Shown here in pieces: positions 23,666 through 33,526 of a DNA stretch of 64,000 nt. Position 1 is the first letter of the stretch; every line of letters starts with the position of its first letter. A model generated the notes under the pieces. The model was not told the DNA's origin. It saw only the letters and a list, made by a program, of their open reading frames with translations, and ran no database searches. A program made the translations under genes and the position numbers. Where the stretch lies: positions 288,001 through 352,000 of the forward strand of contig CAWFJP010000004.1 in NCBI GenBank assembly GCA_963816145.1, read 5' to 3'. The DNA is from an uncultured delta proteobacterium (GTDB lineage: Bacteria; Desulfobacterota; Binatia; UBA9968).

Positions 23666-24420
23666 TTTCGCTCAAGTCGGCTCGAGAAATCGAGATCATG
23701 CGAAGCGCGAATGTCATCGTTGCCGAGGTCCTGCAAGAGCTCAAGAAGCGCGTGGCTCCAGGTATTACGACTCTGGACCTGGATGCCATTGCCGAGGAGA
23801 TGACCCTCAGCCGGAAGGCGATTCCGGCGTTCAAGGGATACAACGTCGCAGGGCGGGTTTATCCGCGCTGCTTATGTGCTTCGATCAATGACGAGATCGT
23901 CCATGGCATCCCGTCAAACCGCCCCTTGCGTGAAGGCGACATCGTCGGACTGGACTACGGCGTCATCTACGACGGCTTCTATGGCGACGCCGCAATGACT
24001 GTCGCGGTCGGCAAGGTGAGCGCGGCGGCGCAAAGGTTGATGGACGTGACCGAGAAGTCGCTCTATGCCGGAATCGAGCAGCTCCATGAGGGCAAACGCT
24101 TGGGCGATCTCGGCGCCGCGGTGCAAAAGGTTGCAGAGGATGCGGGTTATTCTGTTGTCCGCGCCTTTGTCGGCCATGGAATCGGCAAAAAGCTCCATGA
24201 AGAGCCGCCGGTGCCGAACTATGGCGAGAAGGACCGCGGCCTGCGATTGAAGGAAGGCATGGTGCTGGCGGTTGAGCCGATGGTAAACGTCGGCAGTTAC
24301 GAAGTCGAAATTAAAGAAGATGGTTGGACCGCAGTGACCAAAGATGGTAGCTTAGCGGCCCATTTCGAGCATTCGATAGCGATTACAAAGAATGGCCCGT
24401 ATATTTTGAGTCAACTTTAG
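23662..24420 (+). CDS. map: methionine aminopeptidase type I
   Basis: SINDEIVHGIP, GHGIG, AVEPM, AHFEH. Confidence 0.97.
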   Translation: MISLKSAREIEIMRSANVIVAEVLQELKKRVAPGITTLDLDAIAEEMTLSRKAIPAFKGYNVAGRVYPRCLCASINDEIVHGIPSNRPLREGDIVGLDYGVIYDGFYGDAAMTVAVGKVSAAAQRLMDVTEKSLYAGIEQLHEGKRLGDLGAAVQKVAEDAGYSVVRAFVGHGIGKKLHEEPPVPNYGEKDRGLRLKEGMVLAVEPMVNVGSYEVEIKEDGWTAVTKDGSLAAHFEHSIAITKNGPYILSQL

Positions 24421-24460
24421 CGCTTAGGAGAGACAACCGTAGAGGAAACCCGATTTAGCT

Positions 24461-24679
24461 ATGGCAAAACAAGACGCCATCGAAGTCACCGGTACAGTGC
24501 TAGAGACTTTACCCAATGCGATGTTTCGGGTGGAGTTGGAAAACGGCCATAAAGTGTTGGCCCATATATCGGGGAAAATGCGCATGCACTACATCAAAAT
24601 TTTGCCGGGAGACAAAGTGAAGATCGAGCTGTCTCCCTACGATTTGGCGCGCGGACGCATCGTTTTCCGCGAGCGCTAG
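24461..24679 (+). CDS. infA: translation initiation factor IF-1
   Basis: [25 protein letters not shown]. Confidence 0.98.
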   Translation: MAKQDAIEVTGTVLETLPNAMFRVELENGHKVLAHISGKMRMHYIKILPGDKVKIELSPYDLARGRIVFRER

Positions 24680-24693
24680 CAAGAGGGGTAATC

Positions 24694-24807
24694 GTGAAGG
24701 TTAGAGCGTCTGTCAAAAAGATTTGCAACAAATGCAAAGTGATTCGCCGTAAGGGCGTGGTGCGGGTGCTGTGCGAAAACACCAAGCACAAACAACGCCA
24801 AGGCTAG
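24694..24807 (+). CDS. rpmJ: 50S ribosomal protein L36 (not in ORF track)
   Basis: Read by hand: GTG start, [40 protein letters not shown]; SD GAGGGG. Confidence 0.97.
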   Translation: MKVRASVKKICNKCKVIRRKGVVRVLCENTKHKQRQG

Positions 24808-24876
24808 TTCGGATTACGCTTTTTGGTCTAATTGTAACCGCGCCAGCGCAAGGTTGAGCGCGCTAGGGAGTGAAAT

Positions 24877-25260
24877 ATGGCACGTATCGCAGGGGTTGAC
24901 TTACCGAGGGCCAAACGGATGGAAATCGCGCTGACTTATGTTTACGGCATTGGCCGCAGCACGTCGCGCGATATTCTGACGGCTGCCGGGGTTTCTTTGG
25001 ATTTGCGCAGCGACGATTTGAGCGACGACGATGTCGCGAAAATTCGTCAGGTGCTCGATCAGAGCTACAAAGTCGAAGGCGATCTGCGCCGCGAGGTGAC
25101 TGGCAATATCAAACGGCACTTGGACATGGGTTCTTACCGCGGTCTACGCCATCGCAAGAATTTACCGGTGCGTGGCCAGCGTACCCATACCAACGCGCGC
25201 ACCCGCAAGGGGCCGCGCAAAACCGTCGCCGGCAAAAAAACCGCGCCGTCCAAGGGTTAA
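24877..25260 (+). CDS. rpsM: 30S ribosomal protein S13
   Basis: [27 protein letters not shown]. Confidence 0.99.
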   Translation: MARIAGVDLPRAKRMEIALTYVYGIGRSTSRDILTAAGVSLDLRSDDLSDDDVAKIRQVLDQSYKVEGDLRREVTGNIKRHLDMGSYRGLRHRKNLPVRGQRTHTNARTRKGPRKTVAGKKTAPSKG

Positions 25261-25279
25261 TATAAGTTAGGAGAATGTC

Positions 25280-25723
25280 ATGGCAGATGCTGCGGATGAA
25301 AAGAAGAGCGAAGCGCCGGCGGGCGATGCCAAAGCCGTTGACAAGGCGGCGGCCCGCAAACGGCGCGGCCGCAAGAATATTGCCGAGGGTGTGGTGCATA
25401 TCCATTCCACTTTCAATAACACCATCGTGACGATCTCGGATTATCAGGGCAATGTGATCTCCTGGTCGAGCGCCGGCGCGATGGGTTTCAAAGGCTCGCG
25501 CAAAGGCACCCCGTTCGCGGCCCAGCAGGCCGCCGATAGCGCCGCCAAGAAAGCCATGGATCATGGCTTACGCACGGTACAAATCTATGTCCGCGGCCCC
25601 GGCGCAGGACGCGAGTCGGCGCTGCGCGCGCTGCAGTCGGCGGGTATAAGCATCAGTCTGATCAAAGACGTTACGCCGATCCCGCACAACGGTTGCCGCC
25701 CGCCCAAGCGGCGGCGGGTCTGA
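25280..25723 (+). CDS. rpsK: 30S ribosomal protein S11
   Basis: [40 protein letters not shown]. Confidence 0.99.
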   Translation: MADAADEKKSEAPAGDAKAVDKAAARKRRGRKNIAEGVVHIHSTFNNTIVTISDYQGNVISWSSAGAMGFKGSRKGTPFAAQQAADSAAKKAMDHGLRTVQIYVRGPGAGRESALRALQSAGISISLIKDVTPIPHNGCRPPKRRRV

Positions 25724-25744
25724 TTTTTAGAGGAGGAAGCAGGT

Positions 25745-26371
25745 TTGGCTAGATATATAGAATCCGTGTGCCGCCTTTGCCGGCGCGAGAATCTTAAGCT
25801 CTTTCTAAAGGGCGAGCGTTGTTATACCGACAAGTGCGCCATTGAGCGGCGCACCTACCCGCCAGGGCAACATGGCCAAGGGCGGCCGAAATTTTCGGAG
25901 TACAGCATTCAGCTGCGTGAAAAGCAAAAAGTAAAGCGCATGTACGGCCTATTGGAAAACCAATTTCGCCGCACGTTTGCTGAAGCGGCGCGCACCAAAG
26001 GCATCACCGGCGAGACCCTGCTGGTGCTGCTTGAACGCCGCCTTGACAACGTCGCCTTTCGGATGGGCTTCGCCAGCTCGAGAGCTGAAGCACGCACGCT
26101 GGTGCGCCATGGCCACATCTTGGTGAACGGCAAGAAGGTGAATATCCCATCCTATACGGTTCGCGTCGCCGATGTGATTTCCGTTAAGGAGCCGAGCCGG
26201 CAGATCACCCGGGTGATGTCGGCGTTGGAAGGCTCGCAACGGCGCGGTGTACCCGATTGGGCAGAAGTCGACCGCGAAGCGTTTAGCGGGCGCATCAAGA
26301 TCCTGCCCACGCGCAGCGATATCACCATGCCGATCAACGAAAAACTGATCGTAGAATTGTATTCGAAATAG
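25745..26371 (+). CDS. rpsD: 30S ribosomal protein S4
   Basis: [29 protein letters not shown]. Confidence 0.98.
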   Translation: MARYIESVCRLCRRENLKLFLKGERCYTDKCAIERRTYPPGQHGQGRPKFSEYSIQLREKQKVKRMYGLLENQFRRTFAEAARTKGITGETLLVLLERRLDNVAFRMGFASSRAEARTLVRHGHILVNGKKVNIPSYTVRVADVISVKEPSRQITRVMSALEGSQRRGVPDWAEVDREAFSGRIKILPTRSDITMPINEKLIVELYSK

Positions 26372-26393
26372 GTTTCGAATCTTGGGAGACGAT

Positions 26394-27416
26394 ATGTCGA
26401 CAATGTACAAGCATTGGACGGAGCTGATCAAACCCAAACAGTTGGAGGTGGAAGAGCGAACTCTGACCGCGACGTTTGGCCGTTTTACGGCGGAACCGTT
26501 CGAGCGCGGGTTCGGTCAAACCATCGGCAACTCGGTGCGCCGGATTCTTTTATCCTCGCTGATGGGCGCCTCCATTGTTGCGGTCCGCATCAAGGGCGTT
26601 TTGCACGAATTCTCCACGGTGGCCGGGGTCACCGAAGATGTTGCCGAAATTATTCTAAACTTAAAAGAAGTTCGCCTGCGGCTGAACGAGGGCGAACAAG
26701 CAACGCTGAAGATCGATGCCAAAGGCCCGGGTGTCGTGTGCGCCAAGGATATTAGCGGGTCGGCGGCGGTCGATATTCTCAATCCCGAGCACAAGATCGC
26801 GACCCTATCGCGCGACGGCAAACTCGATATGGAATTGTTGGTCAAGCTCGGCCGTGGCTATGTGCCGGCAGAGCGCAACAAAGAAGAGAACGCGCCGGTG
26901 GACACGATCTTTATCGATGCGATCTTTTCGCCGGTGCTGAAGGTCAACTTCACGGTCTCCAACGCGCGGGTCGGTCAGCGCACCGACTACGACCGCTTGG
27001 TGTTCGATGTGCACACCGACGGCAGCGTCAAGCCCGACGATGCCATGGCCTACGCGGCGAAGATTTTGCAGGATCAGGTCAGCATCTTTGTCAACTTCCA
27101 AGACGAACCGCGGCCCGAGAAGCGCGACGACGGTCCGTCGATTCCGCTCAACGAAAATCTGTTTCGCTCCGTCGATGAGCTGGAGTTTTCGGTGCGCTCG
27201 CAAAACTGCTTGCAGAACGCCGACATCAAATACATCGGTGAGCTGGTGCAAAAGAGCGAACAAGAAATGCTCCGGACGAAAAATTTTGGCCATAAATCTT
27301 TGAACGAGATCAAAGAAATCCTGCGCGAGATGGGACTGGAGCTGGGGATGAAAGTGGATCACTTTCCGACACGCGCCGAAATCGAAGCCCGCAAGCGCGA
27401 AATTACCAAGGAGTAG
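26394..27416 (+). CDS. rpoA: RNA polymerase alpha subunit
   Basis: [39 protein letters not shown]; start 26394 or 26403. Confidence 0.98.
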   Translation: MSTMYKHWTELIKPKQLEVEERTLTATFGRFTAEPFERGFGQTIGNSVRRILLSSLMGASIVAVRIKGVLHEFSTVAGVTEDVAEIILNLKEVRLRLNEGEQATLKIDAKGPGVVCAKDISGSAAVDILNPEHKIATLSRDGKLDMELLVKLGRGYVPAERNKEENAPVDTIFIDAIFSPVLKVNFTVSNARVGQRTDYDRLVFDVHTDGSVKPDDAMAYAAKILQDQVSIFVNFQDEPRPEKRDDGPSIPLNENLFRSVDELEFSVRSQNCLQNADIKYIGELVQKSEQEMLRTKNFGHKSLNEIKEILREMGLELGMKVDHFPTRAEIEARKREITKE

Positions 27417-27425
27417 CTTGAAGCC

Positions 27426-27875
27426 ATGCGTCATCTAAAATCCGGCCGGCAACTAAGCCGTAATTCCAGCCACCGCTGGGCGTTGATGCGCAATCTGATT
27501 ACCGCGCTGTTGCGCGAGGAAAAGATTCAAACCACCGATCCTAAGGCAAAAGAACTGCGCCGTTGGGTCGATCGGGTCATCACCCTCGGCAAGCGCGGCG
27601 ACTTGCACGCGCGCCGTCAGGCGGCGGCCATCATTTTCGATAAGGCTGTGGTCAAGAAACTTTTCGATACCATCGGACCGCGCTTCAAAGACCGCCCCGG
27701 CGGTTTCACCAGAATCATCAAGTTGGGGATTCGCCATGGGGATGCCGCGCAGATGGCTTTGATTGAGTTGGTTGGCGGCGAAGCGAGCGCCGAGGCTTCT
27801 TCCGGGGGCGCCAAAAAAGGCCGCCGCGCGCGCCGCCGCGAACGCGAGCAACAGCAACAGGTGGCAGCCGCTTAG
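27426..27875 (+). CDS. rplQ: 50S ribosomal protein L17
   Basis: MRH...[24 protein letters not shown]. Confidence 0.98.
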   Translation: MRHLKSGRQLSRNSSHRWALMRNLITALLREEKIQTTDPKAKELRRWVDRVITLGKRGDLHARRQAAAIIFDKAVVKKLFDTIGPRFKDRPGGFTRIIKLGIRHGDAAQMALIELVGGEASAEASSGGAKKGRRARRREREQQQQVAAA

Positions 27876-27903
27876 TCCGCTTGTCAAAATTGACCGTCGT
27901 GAG

Positions 27904-27943
27904 CAACAGCCCGCTAGAATCCAGTTGATTCAGCGGGCTGTTG
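27904..27943 (+). terminator. hairpin after rplQ (probable operon terminator or REP-like element)
   Basis: CAACAGCCCGCT...AGCGGGCTGTTG 12-bp stem with inner GAATC/GATTC pairing; weak T tail. Confidence 0.5.
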
Positions 27944-28119
27944 TCGTCTCGAGTCTTCCAGCGACCTGTGCAAGTCGGCATGTTTAAATTTTCCCCGGTC
28001 TTTGGTTTTGTCAAAATTTTCCTTCAGTGTAATCTGTGAACGGCTGGAGTTTGTTCGTAACCAATGATCCGAGGCGGTTTACCGCCTGGGCATGAACCAA
28101 CAAATAAAAATCCAGTGGA

Positions 28120-29034
28120 GTGGATGAACGCGTGAACCCGATAGGCGCTTTTTCAAATCTTGAGTCCGAGTCCATCGAGATCTTCCGTGAAGTGGCGGCA
28201 ACGGCGGCTCGTCCGGTGATGCTTTACTCCATTGGCAAGGATTCTTCCGTTATGCTGCGTTTGGCGCAGAAGGCGTTTTACCCTGGGCCGATTCCCTTTC
28301 CATTGCTGCATATAGATACCGGCTGGAAATTTCGCGAGATGATTGCGTTCCGCGACCGTATCTCCAAGGAAATTGGCCTTCGGCTGATTGCTTATACCAA
28401 CCCGCGCGGCGCCGCCGAGGGGATCGGTCCATTCAGCCATGGGTCTGCCTATCATACGGATGTCATGAAGACCGAAGCGCTCAAACAAGCGCTCGACCTG
28501 CACGGCTTTGACGTCGCTTTCGGCGGTGCACGGCGCGACGAGGAGAAATCGCGGGCGAAAGAAAGAGTTTTTTCCTTTCGCGCGCCGGGCCATCGTTGGG
28601 AGCCCAAAGCGCAGCGGCCCGAGCTGTGGAATCTATACAACACGCGGGTCAATCCCGGCGAAACTATCCGTGTCTTCCCCTTGTCCAACTGGACCGAGGC
28701 CGATATCTGGGGCTACATCCAGCAAGAGCAGATTCCCATCGTGCCGCTATATTTCGCCGCTAAACGTCCGGTGGTTAAGCGTTACGGCCAATGGATTATG
28801 GTCGACGACGAACGCCTGCCGCTCGAACCGGGCGAGTCGGCGCAGCTATTGATGGTGCGTTTCCGCACCCTCGGCTGTTATCCGTTGACGGCGGCGGTGG
28901 AAAGCACGGCGATCACTCTCGACGAGATCGTCGCTGAAACTCTCGGCGCGACGACCTCGGAGCGCCAGGGCCGAGTGATCGACCATGACGGCGCCGGCTC
29001 CATGGAGCGAAAAAAGCAGGAGGGCTATTTCTAA
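28120..29034 (+). CDS. cysD: sulfate adenylyltransferase subunit 2
   Basis: [38 protein letters not shown]. Confidence 0.96.
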   Translation: MDERVNPIGAFSNLESESIEIFREVAATAARPVMLYSIGKDSSVMLRLAQKAFYPGPIPFPLLHIDTGWKFREMIAFRDRISKEIGLRLIAYTNPRGAAEGIGPFSHGSAYHTDVMKTEALKQALDLHGFDVAFGGARRDEEKSRAKERVFSFRAPGHRWEPKAQRPELWNLYNTRVNPGETIRVFPLSNWTEADIWGYIQQEQIPIVPLYFAAKRPVVKRYGQWIMVDDERLPLEPGESAQLLMVRFRTLGCYPLTAAVESTAITLDEIVAETLGATTSERQGRVIDHDGAGSMERKKQEGYF

Positions 29035-29035
29035 C

Positions 29036-30862
29036 ATGGACCTGCTGCGCTTCATCACCTGCGGTAGCGTCGACGACGGCAAGTCGACGCTCATTGGCCG
29101 CCTGCTCTTTGAGACCAAATTAATCTTTGAAGATCAGCTCGAAGCGCTCAAGGCCGATTCCAAAAAGTACGGCACCCAGGGCGAACGGCTTGACTTCGCG
29201 TTGCTGGTCGACGGCTTGCAGGCGGAACGGGAGCAGGGCATTACCATCGATGTCGCCTACCGGTTTTTCGCCACGCCCAAGCGGCGCTTCATCGTTGCCG
29301 ATACGCCGGGTCACGAACAGTACACCCGCAACATGGCTACCGGCGCATCGACAGCACAGGCAGCCGTACTGCTCATCGACGCGCGTAAAGGCGTGCTGAC
29401 TCAGACCAAGCGGCACAGCCGAATTGTCGCCATGCTCGGCATTCGCCATGTTGTTTTGGCGATCAACAAAATGGACATGGTAGACTGGTCGCAGACGGTC
29501 TGCGGCGAAATCGATCAGGAGTTTCGCGCCTTCGCGCAGGATTTAAACTTCGCGACGATCACGTCGATTCCGCTCTCGGCGCTCGAAGGCACCAACGTCG
29601 TTGAGTCCGGCCAAACTTCGATGCCGTGGTATGCCGGACCTAGCCTTTTACAATGGCTCGAAACCGTAGAGCCCGAGGACGCCGCAGTGACCCGCCCCTT
29701 CGCCATGCCGGTACAGTGGGTCAACCGGCCCCATTTGGATTTCCGCGGTTTCTCCGGCCGCATCGCCAGCGGCAGCGTGCAGCCGGGCGATCCGGTGCGC
29801 ATCAGCCCGTCGGGCGTCCGCAGCCGGATTAAAGCTATTTCGGTCTGGGGTGGAGATCAGCTCAAAGCGGACAGCGGCGAATCAGTTACTCTTGTGCTTG
29901 AAGACGAAGTCGATGCCAGCCGCGGCGATGTCGTCGCCGCGGCGACCCATCCAGTCGAGGCCGCCGACCAATTCGAAGCCGATCTTCTGTGGATGAGCGA
30001 GCATGCGCTTCTGCCCGGCCGCTCCTACGCCGCCTTGATTCACAGCAAAGCCGCGAGCGTGACGATCACCGACATCAAACACCAACTCGACATCAACAGC
30101 GGCGCCCGCCTGGCAGCGAAGAGCTTGGCGCTGAACGAGATCGCCACGGTCAATGTGAGCTTCGACCGCGTAGTTCCCTTCGCGCCCTACCGAGAGAACA
30201 AGCGCTTGGGTTCGTTTATCGTCATAGACAAGCTGACCAACGAGACTGTCGGTGCGGGCATCCTACACTTCGCCCTGCGGCGCTCCGTCAACGTTCACTG
30301 GCAGGCCATTGAAGTGTCCAAAACGGCGCGTGCAGTGATGAAGCAGCAACGCGCCCGCTGTCTGTGGTTCACCGGACTGTCTGGCTCCGGCAAATCGACC
30401 ATCGCCAATTTACTAGAGAAACGGCTGCACGCAGCCGGCAAACACACCTATATCCTCGACGGCGACAACGTGCGCCACGGGCTTAACCGAGATCTTGGAT
30501 TCACTGAAGTTGATCGGGTCGAAAACATTCGGCGCGTCGCCGAAGTCGCCCGGCTCATGGTCGACGCCGGCTTGATCGTCATCGTGGCCTTCATCTCGCC
30601 GTTCCGAACCGATCGCGACACTGCGCGCAACCTGCTTAACCGCGGTGAATTCATTGAAGTTTACGTCGACACCCCGCTCGACGAATGCGAACGGCGCGAC
30701 GTCAAAGGTCTCTATGCTAAAGCCCGGCGCGGTGAACTCAAAAACTTCACCGGCATCGACAGCGCCTACGAGCCGCCGGAGGCGGCGGAGATCCACCTGC
30801 AAACCCTCGGTGCCTCGCCGGAGGTCTGCGTGGATCGGATTGTGGCGTGGCTGCGGTCGTAG
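29036..30862 (+). CDS. cysNC: bifunctional sulfate adenylyltransferase subunit 1 / APS kinase
   Basis: [14 protein letters not shown] GTPase domain plus [20 protein letters not shown] kinase domain; start ATG 29036. Confidence 0.95.
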   Translation: MDLLRFITCGSVDDGKSTLIGRLLFETKLIFEDQLEALKADSKKYGTQGERLDFALLVDGLQAEREQGITIDVAYRFFATPKRRFIVADTPGHEQYTRNMATGASTAQAAVLLIDARKGVLTQTKRHSRIVAMLGIRHVVLAINKMDMVDWSQTVCGEIDQEFRAFAQDLNFATITSIPLSALEGTNVVESGQTSMPWYAGPSLLQWLETVEPEDAAVTRPFAMPVQWVNRPHLDFRGFSGRIASGSVQPGDPVRISPSGVRSRIKAISVWGGDQLKADSGESVTLVLEDEVDASRGDVVAAATHPVEAADQFEADLLWMSEHALLPGRSYAALIHSKAASVTITDIKHQLDINSGARLAAKSLALNEIATVNVSFDRVVPFAPYRENKRLGSFIVIDKLTNETVGAGILHFALRRSVNVHWQAIEVSKTARAVMKQQRARCLWFTGLSGSGKSTIANLLEKRLHAAGKHTYILDGDNVRHGLNRDLGFTEVDRVENIRRVAEVARLMVDAGLIVIVAFISPFRTDRDTARNLLNRGEFIEVYVDTPLDECERRDVKGLYAKARRGELKNFTGIDSAYEPPEAAEIHLQTLGASPEVCVDRIVAWLRS

Positions 30863-31100
30863 TGTTGCAATGCAGGATCAGAAAGCATCAGATAGCCTGA
30901 GTTTGACGGATACCAACTCTATCTGCTCCGGGCGATGGTCAAGTCCCAATTCTTACGTCCATTGAGCAAAAGCAGATTATCCCAACTCTAACTTTAGGGT
31001 TATTTCTGCTGTAATGCGGCCGCCGCGGTCTTGGGGTTGTCGCTTTCAGAGGCAGCAGTCCCGTCTTTAGTTCATTTGGCAGTCGTGATAGGTAATCGCC

Positions 31101-31481
31101 GTGGCGGAAAATGGCACTGGCGTGTTGCGCCGTTCGCTTAACGATTTCCTGTCGTTTCAGCTCGACGAAGCGGCGCTGGATCGTTTGACCTGGCGCGACT
31201 TCGGCAATGGGCTGGGGATGTCGCGCTTGGCGCGGCAGGGCAAGCGCGAGTTGGTGCTCTACCGTATCGCCGCGGACGCTTCGTCCGACGCGTTTCTCAA
31301 GCACGAGCATTTGGGCGGTGAGTTTTATCTGGTGCTCAAGGGCAAGATCGGCGATGAGACCGGCGAGTACGAAACTGGCGACGTGGTATTTCTCGATCCC
31401 CAGTCGGTGCATACGCCGCGAGCGATCGGCGAGACCGTTGTTCTGGTTTTGTGGCCGGCCGGGGTGCGGTTGGTGGACTGA
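31101..31481 (+). CDS. cupin-domain protein (ChrR-like)
   Basis: HEHLGGEFYLVLKG...GDVVFLDPQSVHTP cupin motifs. Confidence 0.75.
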   Translation: MAENGTGVLRRSLNDFLSFQLDEAALDRLTWRDFGNGLGMSRLARQGKRELVLYRIAADASSDAFLKHEHLGGEFYLVLKGKIGDETGEYETGDVVFLDPQSVHTPRAIGETVVLVLWPAGVRLVD

Positions 31482-31607
31482 GCCGCGACTAACGAATAGA
31501 TACGGAATCGGATGATTAACCGCAAAGCGCGCAAAAAATGAGTTGAAAACTAAAGGCAGCCCATTGTGGTTGTTCTGCTAAATGTATTGTTCTTACAGGG
31601 AGGCAAC

Positions 31608-32487
31608 ATGGCAAATTTAGGATTCATCGGCACCGGCGGCATGGGTAGCGGCATGGCCGCCAACTTGATCAAGGCGGGCCATAAACTGACCGTCACCGAT
31701 CTGCGCCGCGAGCAGAGCAAAGGCTTGGAAAGTCAGGGCGCGGTCTTCAAAGACTCACCCAAGGCGGTGGCGGAATCTTGCGACGTGGTTTGTTCGATGT
31801 TGCCTTACAACCAAGCGGTGCAAGCCGTCGGTTTGGGCAAAGGCGGATTGCACGAAGCGGCCAGCGGCGCCAAGACCTGGATCGATTTCAGCAGCATCGA
31901 CAAGAAGACCATCGTCGGCGTCGATGCCGAGCTCAGCAAAAAGGGCTGGACGATACTCGACGGCTCAGCGGGCGGCGTTGAAGAGGCGGCGGCGGCCGGC
32001 ACTTTGTCGCTCTGGCTGTCGGGCTCGAAAGCGCTGTTCGATCAGCACCAGGAGATCTTCAAGGCGATGGGCAACAAGATCATCTTCGTCGGCGAGCTGG
32101 GCAATGCCAAGCTGGTGAAAAACGCCATGGCGATGTTCGCTGCGGTGGTGCACTTGACCCTGGCTGAGACTTGCGCTTGGCTAAAAAAGGGCGGCCTCAG
32201 CGAAGACACCTTTCGCACGATCTCTGAAAAATTCCCAGCAGGATTCGGTCGCCATCGACCGGATCATGGAAATCATCGTCAGCAAGAAGTACAAGCCGCG
32301 CAAATCCTGGATGCCTAAAGACGTCGGTTTCGGCCTCGACATGGCGCGCGAGATGGAAGTGCCGATGCCGTTCGTCGCCTTGGCCTACCAGATGTTTTCC
32401 ATCGCCCAGGCCACCGGCCAGGACGGCTATGAGGCCACCGGCATCGCCTGCAACGTCTACGACATCATTACCGGGGCAAAAAAATAG
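31608..32487 (+). pseudogene. NAD(P)-dependent beta-hydroxyacid dehydrogenase family, frameshifted near 32223
   Basis: GFIGTGGMG Rossmann motif, KLVKN; removing one base near 32223 joins the two ORFs into ~292 aa ending MPKDVGFGLDMAREMEVPMP... Confidence 0.8.
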
Positions 32488-32497
32488 CGAGGCTCCC

Positions 32498-33034
32498 ATG
32501 GCGCTGGCACCGGAACGCTTGTCGCGCTTTCTGACCTTTCTCTTGCGACACAAGCCCAAGGATTATCCCTTGGCGATCGACAGCGAGGGGTTTGCGCCGT
32601 GGCGCGATGTCGTCGATCTGGTGCAACAGCGCTTTTACGACGTCACCGAGGGGCAGATGCGCGCGCTGATCGCCGGTGCGGAGAAAAAGCGCTTCGAGAT
32701 TCGCGGCGACAAAGTGCGCGCGACCTACGGCCATTCTTTTCCGGTCGATCTCGGCGGCACGGCGGCCGAGCCGCCGGCACAACTCTATTTCGGCGCGGCG
32801 CGGGATCTGGCACAGTCGATGCTGCGCCGCGGTCTCGAGCCGCGCGACCGCCAATACGTGCACCTGAGCGTCACGGCGGAGGAAGCCGAGTCAGTGGCAA
32901 GGCGCCATGATCCGGCGCCGGCGATTCTCGTCATCGACGCCCAGGCGGCCCACGCCGAGGGGGTGCGTTTCTACGAGTCCGGGCCGCTGTTCCTGGCCGA
33001 GAGCGTGCCGGCGAAGTTTCTGTCCCTGCGCTAG
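32498..33034 (+). CDS. kptA: RNA 2'-phosphotransferase (Tpt1/KptA family)
   Basis: SRFLTFLLRHKP, KKRF, VRATYGHS, RQYVHLS. Confidence 0.87.
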   Translation: MALAPERLSRFLTFLLRHKPKDYPLAIDSEGFAPWRDVVDLVQQRFYDVTEGQMRALIAGAEKKRFEIRGDKVRATYGHSFPVDLGGTAAEPPAQLYFGAARDLAQSMLRRGLEPRDRQYVHLSVTAEEAESVARRHDPAPAILVIDAQAAHAEGVRFYESGPLFLAESVPAKFLSLR

Positions 33035-33284
33035 TTGTAAACCCGTTCGGTTGGTTCGCAACCCGCCCGAGCGATCCCATGAGTAATAATTCCTAATCTA
33101 TTTCCAGTCAGCCGCAGGGACGCGGGTAAATACTGTGGGCAATTTACAAAGTAGGGATTAACGATACAGCGGTGTAACTCTGATATTCCGAGGCGTGCCG
33201 CCGCCAGTAGGCTTTCGACTGAACGGAGCCAACGACGATGATTGGCACTTGGGTCCTGGTTGGTTTTGCGGAAATAAGTCGCAT

Positions 33285-33311
33285 AGATTTCTCGCTACGC
33301 TCGAAATGACA
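33285..33311. repeat. half of a REP-like bipartite element
   Basis: AGATTTCTCGCTACGCTCGAAATGACA resembles the widespread AGATTCCTCGCTnCGCTCGGAATGAC intergenic repeat arm (from memory). Confidence 0.5.
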
Positions 33312-33396
33312 GTGGTGGGTAGCGATTATCCCGAACGTAGGGGGAAACGTTGCCGAATTGGACTACCATGGGATCTTTCACGACGAATAATCCGGT

Positions 33397-33425
33397 TTGC
33401 ACGGGCCATTTCATTCAGTTACATT
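33397..33425 (+). promoter_or_regulatory. putative sigma-70 promoter for argS
   Basis: TTGCAC-N17-TACATT about 100 nt before argS. Confidence 0.4.
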
Positions 33426-33526
33426 GACTCCATCATTAGTCGTTCATCCCGAATATTTTTGCTTGAATCCTCCGGACCGGTGGCGAATTTGCCGGCCGGT
33501 GTGGCGGAAAATATTTAAGAAACGTC

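Noticed and set aside
32215-32240. Programmed ribosomal frameshift
   Set aside because: It needs a +1 shift, there is no recognised slippery motif or stimulator, and I know of no precedent in this family.
33195-33518. 107-aa ORF upstream of argS
   Set aside because: It runs through a repeat arm and the putative promoter, and has no SD or protein-like coherence.
33312-33526. T-box or attenuator upstream of argS-trp genes
   Set aside because: No T-box consensus, terminator or Trp-rich leader peptide was found.
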